Origin: Lytechinus pictus
Taxonomy: Eukaryota
DNA length: 64,000 bases
Assembly: GCF_037042905.1 (NCBI RefSeq)
Contig: NC_087251.1
Span: 42,472,001 to 42,536,000 of the forward strand
Direction: 5' to 3'
In this document: one piece after another, positions 27,281 through 38,934 of the stretch
Position numbering within the stretch: position 1 is the first letter of the stretch
Layout: each line of letters begins with the position of its first letter
The notes under the pieces: model-generated
The model's input: the letters and a program-made list of their open reading frames with translations, nothing else
What the model was told of the DNA's origin: nothing
The model's database searches: none
Position numbers and translations under genes: made by a program

Positions 27281-28585
27281 AGGTCAAGTCCACCCCAGGA
27301 AAATGCAGACTTGAATAAATAGAGAAAAATCAAACTAGCATAGTGCTGAAAATTTCATCAAAATCGGATGTAAAATAAGAAAGTTATGACATTTTAAAGT
27401 CTCGCTTATTTTTCACAAAACAGTGATATGCACAACTAGGTGAGTTTGTTTGTTTGTTTGTTTGTTTGTATTTATTTCCATAAAAAGATAAAATACATAC
27501 ATGCTCAATTTAACATAACATACAGATCATATGGAGGATGGCCCATTTCAGCGGTATTAATAAAATACCGCTGTTCTTCCATGGGGTCCTTTAAAACATA
27601 AATACATGCATATAAAGCAAATATACAAAAATATACACAAAACTTCAAAACTTAATTTAGTGCATGAAAAGAAAGAAACTTCACTACAAAGAAAGCAACA
27701 GGCAAAATGATTATGGAAAACCGAGATACAATTGAAGATTTGATTTAAAGGACTGAATCGTTGAACTAGACGATAAATTAATTGGTAATTTGTTATAAAG
27801 TGTAGCCCCCCTATACAAAAATGTCCGTTTACAGCTGTTTGACTTTGGTTTTGGGAGACTGAGATGATTTTCAGTACGCAGAGAGTAAGGGTATGTTTTA
27901 CGAGAAAATTGTGTTTTCATATAATCAGGTGCAAAATTATTCAAAACTTTAAACATCATTACGTACATATGTTCCTTTTGCCGGGTATTTAAAGTCTTCC
28001 ATTTCAAGATATCATGGATGTATGAGGATGAAGTATGCAAATATGGATCGATTTTTAGAATAATTCTTCCTGCACGATTTTGTAGCTTTTGCAATAAATC
28101 CAAATACTTTTTCGATGCAGATTGCCAAACAATATCAGCATAATCAAAGTGTGGAAGGATAACCGAAGCTGTCCATCACTCACTATTTCTTTTGTTTTTT
28201 ATTGTTTGAATAATACAATATTTCATTTTTTACAAATTTGACAATATGGACCAACTTGACTGAACCATATAGTATTAAACAATGCTAATTCCACATGTTC
28301 AGGGAGGAATTAATCGTTGTATCCCTTGACAATGAGGAGAAAATTGGAATATTTCATATTTCATATAATAAAATACAAAAGAAATAGTGAGTGGATGACG
28401 TCATAGTCTCCTCATTTGCATACCAGCCAGGATGTGCATATAACTGTTTTATGAAATTAAGCGAAACTTTAAAATGTCATAACTTTTTTATTTTACATCC
28501 GAATTTGATGAAATTTTCAGTGTTATGCTTGTTGGATTTTTCTCTTTTTATTCAAATAAACTTTTTGTTGGGGTGGACTTGTCCT
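27281..28585 (+). mobile_element. Non-autonomous Kolobok-type DNA transposon, copy 1 (interrupted by a LINE fragment)
   Basis: TTAA|AGGTCAAGTCCACCCCA ... TGGGGTGGACTTGTCCT|TTAA. Interior is homologous to copies 2 and 3. A TTAA TSD with RR..YY termini is the Kolobok signature. Confidence 0.88.
27446..28169 (-). mobile_element. 5'-truncated CR1/L2-group LINE (C-terminus of ORF2 + 3'UTR)
   Basis: Encodes VILPHFDYADIVW...LQKLQNRAGRII...PYSLR...LSLPKPK...KRTFLYRGATLYNKLP...FKSNL. 3'UTR has a 10-bp stem-loop at 27549-27573, AATAAA and a (CAAA)n tail. Confidence 0.92.
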
Positions 28586-29216
28586 TTAAGGAATAAGAAG
28601 GTGTACAGAAAATTGGATACTGACAGGAAAATGACGAGAAGAGAAAGAGCGATGGTAATGTATTGATAGATACAAGGATGAATTGATTGGACTGACTGGT
28701 TATCATTAAATAATTTATAAAACAATAAACATCAATAACTGCCCCCCTCCAAGAGATTAATATTAGAAGCCTATAAATCACCATGTTAGATCTTAACAAG
28801 GCACCAAGCAATCAAACAAACAAACAATCGAGGATGAGTAGTTCTCTATAATTTTGAGATTTCGATCATATTCATTTATAAAGCGAAACCCCAAACTCTA
28901 GTATGAAAGATTCTGAAAGACCGGAAGATTGCGTATCATTGTACACATCTCTAAACAGGCCTATTGTTGTTGTCGTCGTTGTTTCCGTTTAATAGTTTTC
29001 ATTAAAAAAAGGGGGGATTATTTACGCCTTTTCTAGTTTTATTTTACCTTAAAATATATTTTGGTGTTAAGGCATATTTAGTTTAAGATTATTCTTCCTT
29101 TAAGATATAAAGATTTCAGTCGTGTTTTTTTTTTTTATAAATAAGGTAGCTTGTTCAGCTATTTATAACATACGTTTACAATGTCCTCGGAAAAGAGTGA
29201 AAAAATGTTTTTGTTA

Positions 29217-29436
29217 CACTCTAAAAAAACATGAATGAAAATTTACCTAGTATTGAGTAAAAAGGGAACATGCATGTTTGTTGGGTAATTTTCCCTCATA
29301 TTGGGTAAAATTAGTGTTTTAAGGGTAAATTTCAACGCAACATTGCGCAAAATTTACAACGTATTTGGTATTATTTTATCCAGAAAACATGCATGTTCCC
29401 ATTTTACCCAATATTGGGCAAACTTTTTTTAGAGTG
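29217..29436. mobile_element. TA-flanked palindromic MITE
   Basis: TA|CACTCTAAAAAAA ... TTTTTTTAGAGTG|TA; homologous throughout to 13596-13795. Confidence 0.88.
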
Positions 29437-29667
29437 TAACGAAGGTTAGGGATATTGATTGAATCATTTCGGGTTTTTTTTTTCATTACAACATAGTCTA
29501 AATGTATATTTGTTTAAAAAATAATCGTCAGGAAATTTTTGCCGGATATGATTTAAGAAAAGGAAAAATGACAAATTAGGAATGTAAAGAGAAAATCACA
29601 CCTTTTCTTGGAAAAACAAATGCTCATGACAATGCAGAGCTAAAGTGGAAATCCGCGTCTTTCTTAA

Positions 29668-30260
29668 AGGACAAGTCCACCCCAACAAAAATTTATTTGA
29701 ATAAAAAGAGAAAAATTCAACAAGCATAACACTGAAAATTTCATCAAAATTAGATGTAAAATAGAAAAAGTTATGTCGTTTTAAAGTTTGCTTAATTTCA
29801 CAAAACAGTTATATGCACATCCTGGCTGATATATATGCTAATGAGGAGACTATGACGTCATCCACTCACTATATATTTCTTTTGTATTTTATTATATGAA
29901 ATATTCTAATTTTCTCCTCATCGTCAAGTAATACAACGATTAATTCCTCCCTGAACATGTGGAATTAGCATTGTTTAATACTATATGGTTCAGTCAAGTT
30001 GGTCCTTATTGTTAAATCTAAAAAAAATGAAATATTGTATAATTCAAACAATAAAAAACAAAAGAAATAATGAGTGATGGACATCATCGACTGACTCACC
30101 AAGTTGTGCATATCACTGTTTTGTGAAAAATAAGCGAGACTTTAAGATGTCATAGCTTTCTTGTTTTACATCCGATTTTAATGAAATTTTCAGCACTATA
30201 TGCGAGTTTGATTTTTCTCTATTTATTCATGTCAGCATTTTCCTGGGGTGGACTTGACCT
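29668..30260 (-). mobile_element. Non-autonomous Kolobok-type DNA transposon, copy 2 (593 bp, inverted)
   Basis: TTAA|AGGACAAGTCCACCCCA ... TGGGGTGGACTTGACCT|TTAA; reverse complement of copies 1 and 3. Confidence 0.9.
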
Positions 30261-31466
30261 TTAAAGCAGAAAATGTAGTGTTCGATTGTGTTTCATATTG
30301 TCCTATAAATATAGTTTTTTAAGGCTATCAGAATAGATTCTGGTCAGTCTCTAAATTCTTTAGATTGCGATGAGTGATCAATCCAAAACTAGATTAAAAA
30401 TCCCAATCTAATAGATATAGAACTCAATCTCATTATCAATCTACTCACTCAGATTTGTCCCCCATTTCAATCCTAGAATTATATTATAAACACACTCACG
30501 GAAACGCGTGTGTAATTCACGAAACATGGTCAATGTTATACATTTTTTTTCAGCATTCATCAATAGATCGGCGTTGTTCATGTTAAGTTTTCATCCGTTG
30601 CATTCTACATTCCTCGAGTCTTTTCATTTATTTAAAAATTAATAAATAAATGAATCAATGACAACATAAACAGATTAACAAATGGGCGGATGAATAGGAA
30701 TTGAAGAATCATATAGTATAAATAAATGAATAAATGAAAAAGAAAAGATTGAGAATTATCTTAGAAGACCCCCCCCCCCCCGGCCCCTCAACAAAAAAGT
30801 TGATCCAACTCGCGATCCAACTGCTCGGATTTATAGCCAAATGGATTCGAATAAATAAGTATTGATACATTAACAGTTTAAGCTATTTGATTTAATCGAA
30901 CCAGTAATCTCAAGGGAATAATGGGTAAAAACGCACTGCATTTTCACAATTTAGACTAAATGAGCATGGGCCATACTGTAGGTCCATCTCTATCCAAATC
31001 AAATGATAAATAAAGAAAACAAAAAAGGAATAAAACTCGGTAGATGTGTTGGGGAATTGCACTCTTGAAGAAAATGGAACAAGTTTACTTTAATGTAAGT
31101 TAATCGGTCTATGGATCTAATTATGTATTTTTTATTTTCTTAGTCATTTATACATTTTAAAAAGTAATTAAGTCCGACAAGTGACCCCATAATTATTTTC
31201 AAGTAGTAGGCCTATGCACGAACTAGAGGTAACGTAGATTTATCGTATAAGCCCTTTTTATTTAGTCTCACATTTAGATCTAACTGCTAAATGGAAGCTC
31301 TGTCAATTACAAGTTAAGTAGGCCTAACGTTAGGTTAAAACAAAAGTTACGGGGTGGACTAAACTAGAGAATTAGGCAAGGGTTATAACACTAAAAAGTT
31401 AGATCTCGGTTAGGTGGTTAGGCTATTACTTATTAGTTTATTACCTTTCTTTCTATTACTTATTAC

Positions 31467-31855
31467 CTTTCTTTAAGCCCTGCTCTGTCTGCTATTTCTT
31501 GTGAGGTTTTCGGTTGTCCATGGAAACTTGCCATGGCCTCGAATAATCCTGTCTGTCGTCCAACAGCAATAGACAAGGTTAGGAAACCAGAATTGATGGT
31601 CTGAGCCATCCGATGACCAAAATCCATGATCGTTTCTCCATCAGCACCCACGGGAGGACCCTCCGTCATCCCCGATGGTCCAGCCGACATGCCGGGCGGC
31701 GGAGGCATATCTCGCGACAGACACTCGGGCATGTTGCTATTGATGGACACCGGCTTACCGGGGAGTTGCGGCGGGAACGAAGGTGGTACCTGCGCTGGGG
31801 ATTTTAGCATAGTTAGAATGCGGGTTGGCTGCTCCATATTTGTCAAGTATTTCAT
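31467..31855 (-). CDS. Rv2258c-like SAM-dependent methyltransferase, coding exon 1 (Pro-rich N-terminus + start of winged-helix domain)
   Basis: ATG at 31855. Encodes ...MAQTINSGFLTLSIAVGRQTGLFEAM...KTSQEIADRAGLKER. Ends GAA AG|GTAATA (phase-2 donor) and joins exon 2 to give the family motif GLKERYVREWLGAM. The true start could be a downstream Met. Confidence 0.88.
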
Positions 31856-32034
31856 GTATTAAAAAAAGTTTAAAATATTGTTCCGTTATCGATTGATGAC
31901 GTGCAATACGGGCAAAATCGGTTACCGTTTCAAATGAAATTAAATAATTGAAGTCTGGATGAAATCGACGCTATTATAACATATCACAAACCCTTCGTGT
32001 AGATTTCTGTTTACAGAAATTTACAACGCGACGA

Positions 32035-32230
32035 GGACTCTGATTGGATAAAGAGTTAAATGCGTGAACTCGCTCCTGCGCAATATTGGACCATCGTCGA
32101 TATCATGCAGCATTTAGCGTCCGTGTATACAACGTATTACCCCCGTGTATTTTCATAACTTACAGAAGGCCTACTGATACTCCCTTGAACAACTCATTCC
32201 CTATATGATTTTTCATATGACGTGGGAACG
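32035..32230 (-). promoter_or_regulatory. Candidate promoter of the methyltransferase gene
   Basis: Locally CpG-richer stretch upstream of the ATG, with a CCAAT box (CCAATCAGA on minus, ~32039-32047) and a TGACGT CRE-like site at ~32218. Confidence 0.3.
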
Positions 32231-33797
32231 AGAGTAAGTTACGGGAACGAATTTGGAAATTAAAGACAATCAAGACACCGTTGTCATCTAAACAGTCCAG
32301 GAAAAATAAGGTTTGAACTCAAACAAATTGCAATAATATAATCAAGGAGGGTCCATAGTATAATGCACAGCAAATCATTTCCATGAAGCCCCCCCCCCCC
32401 CCAAAAAAAAAAGACATACCAAAAGCAAGGAGTTACTAATAACGCTAAAAGTCTAGAAAACCCCCGGAGAAAACCCAAGTGGTTGATAGAAGAAAGGAAT
32501 CCGTCTACATAATATATCGATCAACAACTCCAAACTTGATTTATCAATTTTTTTTCAAGACTTACTGTCGATCAATGCATATTCAAAGTCTTCATAAAAA
32601 CAAACAAAAAGAAAGAACAACAAAAAAGGACATACAAAACCGTTGTAAATCATTTTCTCCCGGTTTATTCTTTAGATGAGATGTATCAGAATCTCTCCAT
32701 CTTGTTCATGAAGCAAAGCGACTTTTGCTGTTCATCTATTCTTTCCACTCTGTTATTCAATAATATTGGTCCATTTACCGATGTCCATTTACCGATTGCC
32801 CACGCCGGGCAGAATTTCATCATCTATAAATGGAGGGGATAAACCTCTTTTTTTTGTTTTTTTTATTAGGCCCCTGTTACATGTATCTTTTTAACTGAAT
32901 TTAATGATTCATTTTCCCATTCGTTTTTTTATGGTTTTATTTCCGTAATAAAACAAGATACATTATAATATATAGGCCTACATGCAAAGAAACACAAAGA
33001 ATATAACATATACATACATAATGAAATAAATTCTATAGATATTGACAAAAACATTACATAAGAAAATTAACGCTCTAAACATGCTATATAAGTAAAAAAA
33101 CTAAAGAAGGTTGGATATAACCCATATTAATAAAATGTCCAGCTGGTCTTCCATGGGGACCAAAATATAAGAGAGAGGGAGAGCATTAGGAAGGAGAATA
33201 TGAGAACGAAGTGAAAAAGAAAAAAAAGAAAGGAAAAGGAATGAAAGAAAAAAGAACGAAGGAAGGAAAAGGGAGGGCAAGAAGAAGAATAAAAACAAGA
33301 AAGGAAGAAATTTAATGTGTAGGCCTACGTATTGATAAACAGGCAAACTAATATTTTGAAGTAAAACAATTAGCGTTGAGGGGAACATTCTTATTTTTGT
33401 CGGATTGCATTCAAGGTGTAGCGGCAGAATGCTTTGGATGCATGCAACATTCCTATTACGTTCGAATCATCAGAAAAGTAAAGACGTATCTTGCAATTAA
33501 TATATTTGACCAATCTATTTGCAATAACATAGACGCAGGGCACTTCGGTAAAGGAGGGTGGGGTGGACAAGAAGTCACGTTATTTGCTAATTTTAATGAA
33601 ATTATAAACGACCCCGAAACTCTTTTTTATGCTCTTTCTTCCCTTCTGTATGCTCTTGTTTTGTCAATAAAAATAAATCAGGAAAAAAATCTTGGCGCGT
33701 CGCCCCTGCCCGCTTCCGAAACGCCGCCCTTGACAGTAATCACGGTTTAAAACTGATATTCACAGTAGTAGATCCATGACAGAGAGAAGAACGCGTA

Positions 33798-33999
33798 CAC
33801 AGAAAACACGCTGTTTCATAATAATTATGAAGCTTACAGATAGTTGTTTAAACAGTTTAAACAAACTGTTTAAAATCTTGAACAGCAAAGTTTGATTTGA
33901 AATATTTAATTCTCATTCATCATGGTTGTTTAGCTGTTAAACAACTTCTATAAGGTTCAAACAGCTTTGCATGAAATTTTAAACAGCATTATTACTGTG
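33798..33999. mobile_element. Degenerate palindromic MITE with AAACAG/CTGTTT repeats
   Basis: CACAGAAAACACGCTGTTTCA ... TAAACAGCATTATTACTGTG imperfect inverted ends. Confidence 0.5.
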
Positions 34000-35330
34000 T
34001 CAAATAATATGCTTATTCGTATTCTTCGGCATGGCTGTGTAATACACTGTGTAATACACAAGGATTAATATTACCGATAGCTCTATACCCTTGTGGGATT
34101 AAAAGGGTGAAACACCTCCCCAATGGCTAAGCTCGTTTGACTTCCTTTCCACTCATTTATTGTGCGAAGAAGTCTACGCATAGACCATGCTAATTCAATA
34201 ATCTATTCTGAGAGTGATAGAAAAGAAAACCACAATTTCTCATTCTTATTTCGAACAGCTGACCGACCGATGAACCTCAGTCTATATATTTTCCAAACGA
34301 TGGAACTGGGGAGCATGTCATGAAACAAATAATCAGCGATTTTCATTTATTCTTTTGCTCTGAGCCAATCAGATGCAAGGGTTTCATTAGCTTGTAACAT
34401 ATGATCAGTCAAAACCTCTCCCGAGAACTGTCTTTCAGGTTATGATTTACCCATTTTTTTTTCTCTGTCTCTTTAAACGTCTTACGAGGGAATTTATTTA
34501 CATATTCAAAATATACAAGATGTTTGACCAATAATTATGACCTTGCTTTACTTTTGTTTTAAATCCTGACCTATAAGATGTGGTGGGTAATATATTTAAG
34601 ATTCAAGGTTTTTTATTTTCTTTCCGGTTAAGAAAGTCACCGTTTTTATATACAGCAATACGTTCATTTCAAAATGAATAATGATTTCTTAACTGTAATT
34701 GATTGAGATGGTCAAACATTGCAATAAGTGCGTGATGTGTTTATAACTGCTGTTGCACGCATTTCACGTTACCCCCTAAACAACGAACAAACAACATTGT
34801 ACAAAGTGCATGCATTTGAATTAATGTGCATAAAGAATAATGGAGGAGAAAGGAAGGATTATAATGATGATAGAAATAAAACTAATAATCTAAAAGACAA
34901 TAACCTGGCCATTTCGGAGGTTAATGATTTCCTGAAAAACCCCATTATGTGAAAGTTGCAGTTACCATTAACATTTCACAAGAAGAAGCCGAAAGAGAGA
35001 AAGAGAGAGAGAGAAAGAAAATAAAACAGTGAAGTTGAATGGACTCACTCTGGCAATACGGTAACATTTAATAAATAACAAAAAAAAAATCGAGTAAGCG
35101 GAGCAAGTGAGCACTGTTTGGATGTTCCTTATCAAAGTGTGTTACGAAACGAATATATGAGTGAATTAAAGCGGCGATGTTTGACATTGATAATTGTGTA
35201 AAAGGTCATACCACTTGCAGGATCAACAAAAAGGAATAGGCCCTTCTTCTTTTCGGCATTGGTATATGCTTTTACCAAAAAAATACATTCTGGGGCCCCG
35301 TTCCATATACAACTGTGGCAAGCTTGCCAT

Positions 35331-36037
35331 TATTGTAAATGTCCATGGGTATATATATATATATATACCTTGATTGTGATTGGATGCTGACCCTGACATC
35401 ATAGAAGGGGCCTGAGATCGATTTTTCTAAGAGGGGATATTGAAAATGTCCATCAAAATGACAATGAACAGCTGAGAGGCCTTTGTTGAAACTTGGTGAA
35501 CCCGAACAGCAGTTCGTCGTAACTTTCGGAGCTGATGAAAAGTTCCAAATAATGTCATTTGTCCCGACTCCAGGACGAGAAAGTTGTTTTGATTCACCAA
35601 TTCTTGGTTGCTCTTTGTCATGATGGGCATTTGACAATACAATAATTTTTTTCTGTGTTCTTGAAAGCGTTTGGCGTCGTGTTGTGAAAATTCCCTGCAT
35701 TGGACTATCATTCTACCATATCAATTATGAACATGTAAAAGTCTCGCGACTGTTATCCAATATTTCGTTCATTGATTCTTTACATCAAATTTAATCGTTT
35801 TATCCCCTCTTGCTAATTTTATTATATTTTAACTTAGTTAAAGTAATTAACCTGTTTATTACATGAATTTTGATTATGTTTTGTTAGAAAGCTATCTGCG
35901 AGGATTATTATGTTTTGTTCTATATTCAATGATTGAATAGTGCAAATGCCAATGGGTACACCTTGATTGTGATTGGATGCTGACCCTGACATCATAGAAG
36001 GGGCCTGAGATCGATTTTTCTATAAGAGTGGATATTG
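35331..36037. repeat. ~100-bp direct repeat pair (35331-35442 and 35938-36037)
   Basis: ACCTTGATTGTGATTGGATGCTGACCCTGACATCATAGAAGGGGCCTGAGATCGATTTTTCTA is identical in both copies. Confidence 0.9.
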
Positions 36038-38755
36038 GTTTGTTAAAAAAAAGAACTGACATATAAAAAAAAGGGGGTTTTACTTCTGACTGAAGGTGAT
36101 TTTGTTAAAGAAAAATCTTACGAGGAGAGAAACAAGGTTTTCACTCCAAATGAAGGTGATTTAGGTGAATTATCTACATTACTGCATGTCAAAATATTCC
36201 CCACCCAATATGAAGGGTGTTGGGTATGAGTATACCCCCAGAAATATCGTAAGGGTGCAGTAGCAACCCGGCTTCCCAGAGCCATGCACCGTGGTAGTTG
36301 TCATAATGGTAAAGTTACAATAATTGTATTTTTTTATGAAATGGGCCACAAATATGATAAGACGAATCCCTGCAAAAAAACGTTAATTAAGACTGGTAAA
36401 AAAAAAACGCACACACTGCGTAGACCTATATATTCAACGGATATGCAAACCCAATATTTAGGATGATTCAAAAATTAGAATAATATTAATCTAACGTGAT
36501 AATTATATGTTTAAATCGGATTTAAATAACAAAGATTAGTTACTATTCTTGTGAGTGCATGACTATTGACTTCAGTTAGCCGGATGTTTCCTTAAACTAG
36601 CTCCCGGTACTATTTTATTTTCTTTTTGCTGCACTTCTGTAATAATTATGAGAACGCGAATTATGTAACGATTTGTATTGCATATTCTTTTTAAATATTG
36701 AACATTGATTCTGTTTGGGAATGTACAAAAGAAGCGGCACTAGCCAATTTCATTGGATGTCTTAGGACATTATTTGCATTCAAATTATTCAAATAAGAGC
36801 CAAGGTGGTCCGTGCCACTATACTGGGGCCATAGAGGAGGGAATGCAGGGGGGGGGGGGCGATGATCGAAAAACGTGTTTAATTTTACTTCGTTTGGATT
36901 ACAGAATAGGGAGAAAAAACCCCAAGACATGTTATTCCAGCACTGTTTTCACTCTAGAACCCGTCTCTATTCTTAAAAAGACCCTCTTTTCCGACGCACC
37001 GTATACGCTTCATAAAAATGTATATTTACCGAGTTTAGGATCAGAGCATTGGGTTTCTAGCAGGAAAGATCCCTCACATAATAAGAATTAAAAATATTCA
37101 ACCTTGATCGGTCCTTAATGTACAAGAATACTAACAAAAGGGCGGTTTAACTTGTCATACTAATCAAAAAAGCAAACAAGTGCACTATTCGAGAAAGACG
37201 AAAATAAGACGAGGAAAGAAAATAAGAGAGTGAGTAAGTGGACAAGAGTTTACCAGAAATTATTTGAAAGGTGAAGCAGTCGGCATACATCAAAGTTCAA
37301 ACTGATACAAAATAAACACAATCGCCATGAAATCGGAACAGATCGAGATTCATCATCATATTTCTTCAACCGCTTGTCAAAATTTTGTTACGAAAGAAAG
37401 GAAGTTGACCTGGTTTTCTGTTCATAATGAACCAAGATAGGCAGACTTTTTAAATGCACGGATTTTATTTCAATCAAAGAAAATTTCAAGTCCACTTTTG
37501 ATAAAAGTCTGTTCTATGTATTTTGATCTGTATACAATGATCCACTGATTACACGTCTGAATTTTCACTTGTTTTTTGTTTAATAATATAACTAAAATCA
37601 TTAAAATTTATAAACACAAAGGAGAAATATTTCCATTGTTAATTTTTATACATTGCTGTCATTTTGTTTTGTGTATTCATTGTTAATTTCTAGTATCATT
37701 TTAGTGTAATTATTTTATGCCTTGTTCTACTCTCTATACATAATTATCCGTTCTTTGGTTTAATCTAATTTTATCTCTGTATGTCTGTCTTGATGTATAT
37801 TATGATGTTTGTTTATATGGACCTCTGCTTATGCAGTTGTGTCTGGAATAAAGTCTTGAATTGAATCGAGAACAGATCTAAGCCACTTATGGGTTTAAAT
37901 GATTTGGTGCAAGTTATGACGATTCCCTGTGAGGATTGTTTCTACACAATAATGTTTTTTTTTTAATGTTTCTTGTACATGTGATTTAAAAAAGGGACAA
38001 ATATCGATAATCATAGTGTAGGGTGCTCGCTCTAAGGAGGTTAATTGAATAAAAAAAAAGGATTATCCTGTATTTGACTGGATATGAGGGCATATAATGT
38101 ATATAATATATCATTCGGTTATACCTGAGTGGGATATAAACTCAGATATAACACTCCTATTAGGTCTACTTTTCCTAAACTAACCAAAATGTCTTAAAAC
38201 TTCTCTGATCAACTTTTGCGCATCTCACTCCGGCTTCTTAATAAGTACAACGACCCCTTCATGAAATGTACATAATATATACATGTAGCTTCTCATGTTA
38301 ATTTCACACATACCTGTGTTAATTACGCATACTTTGTGTGTAAATTGCACATAGGCCTAACTAGCGTATACAGTTCATGCAGTGAACTATTTTGACTGTA
38401 CCTTTTCTCATTCGTCAGTGAAAAATATTTTCATCTTTAGGTAGGCTATCATCAAACGCACTTCTTTGGCTGCATTTCCAAGCCAACCTGAAACGCTTTT
38501 ATCTACAAATAAATGCCAGTGTTTCCACAGGTAAAAAAAATCGGCCCCCATGACCAGACCTCAAGACGAAATTATATACGAGCGCGAAGCCGTTGATGTT
38601 CGACCACTTCTTCCATCATTTCACCTTTGAATAAGAGTAATATATAAAACAAGCTTAATTACCAAAGGCAATTATTGATACCAGTTTAGCCTATGTCGTA
38701 TTTGGCTATACGTGTATCCGGATGTAGATCAACTGCTACCTCGTAGTCTACCAGA

Positions 38756-38934
38756 CAGGGGTCGCGGAATGGTTTTCAAAGTGGGGGGCTGAGCCAAAAG
38801 TGGAGGGGGGGGGGGCTGATCATGCAAAAAATCACAATGGTCATTTTTACGTTTTTGTACACGGTTTTGGAGAAAAAAAGTGGGGGGCTGAAGCCCCTCC
38901 AGCTTGCCCCCCCCCCCCGCTTCCGCGGCCCCTG
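38756..38934. mobile_element. hAT-like MITE
   Basis: CAGGGGTCGCGGAA / TTCCGCGGCCCCTG TIRs. Only 5 bp (CCAGA) are duplicated at the flanks. Confidence 0.7.

Noticed and set aside
27711..28103. Host gene exon
   Set aside because: C-terminus of a LINE ORF2 inserted in a DNA transposon.
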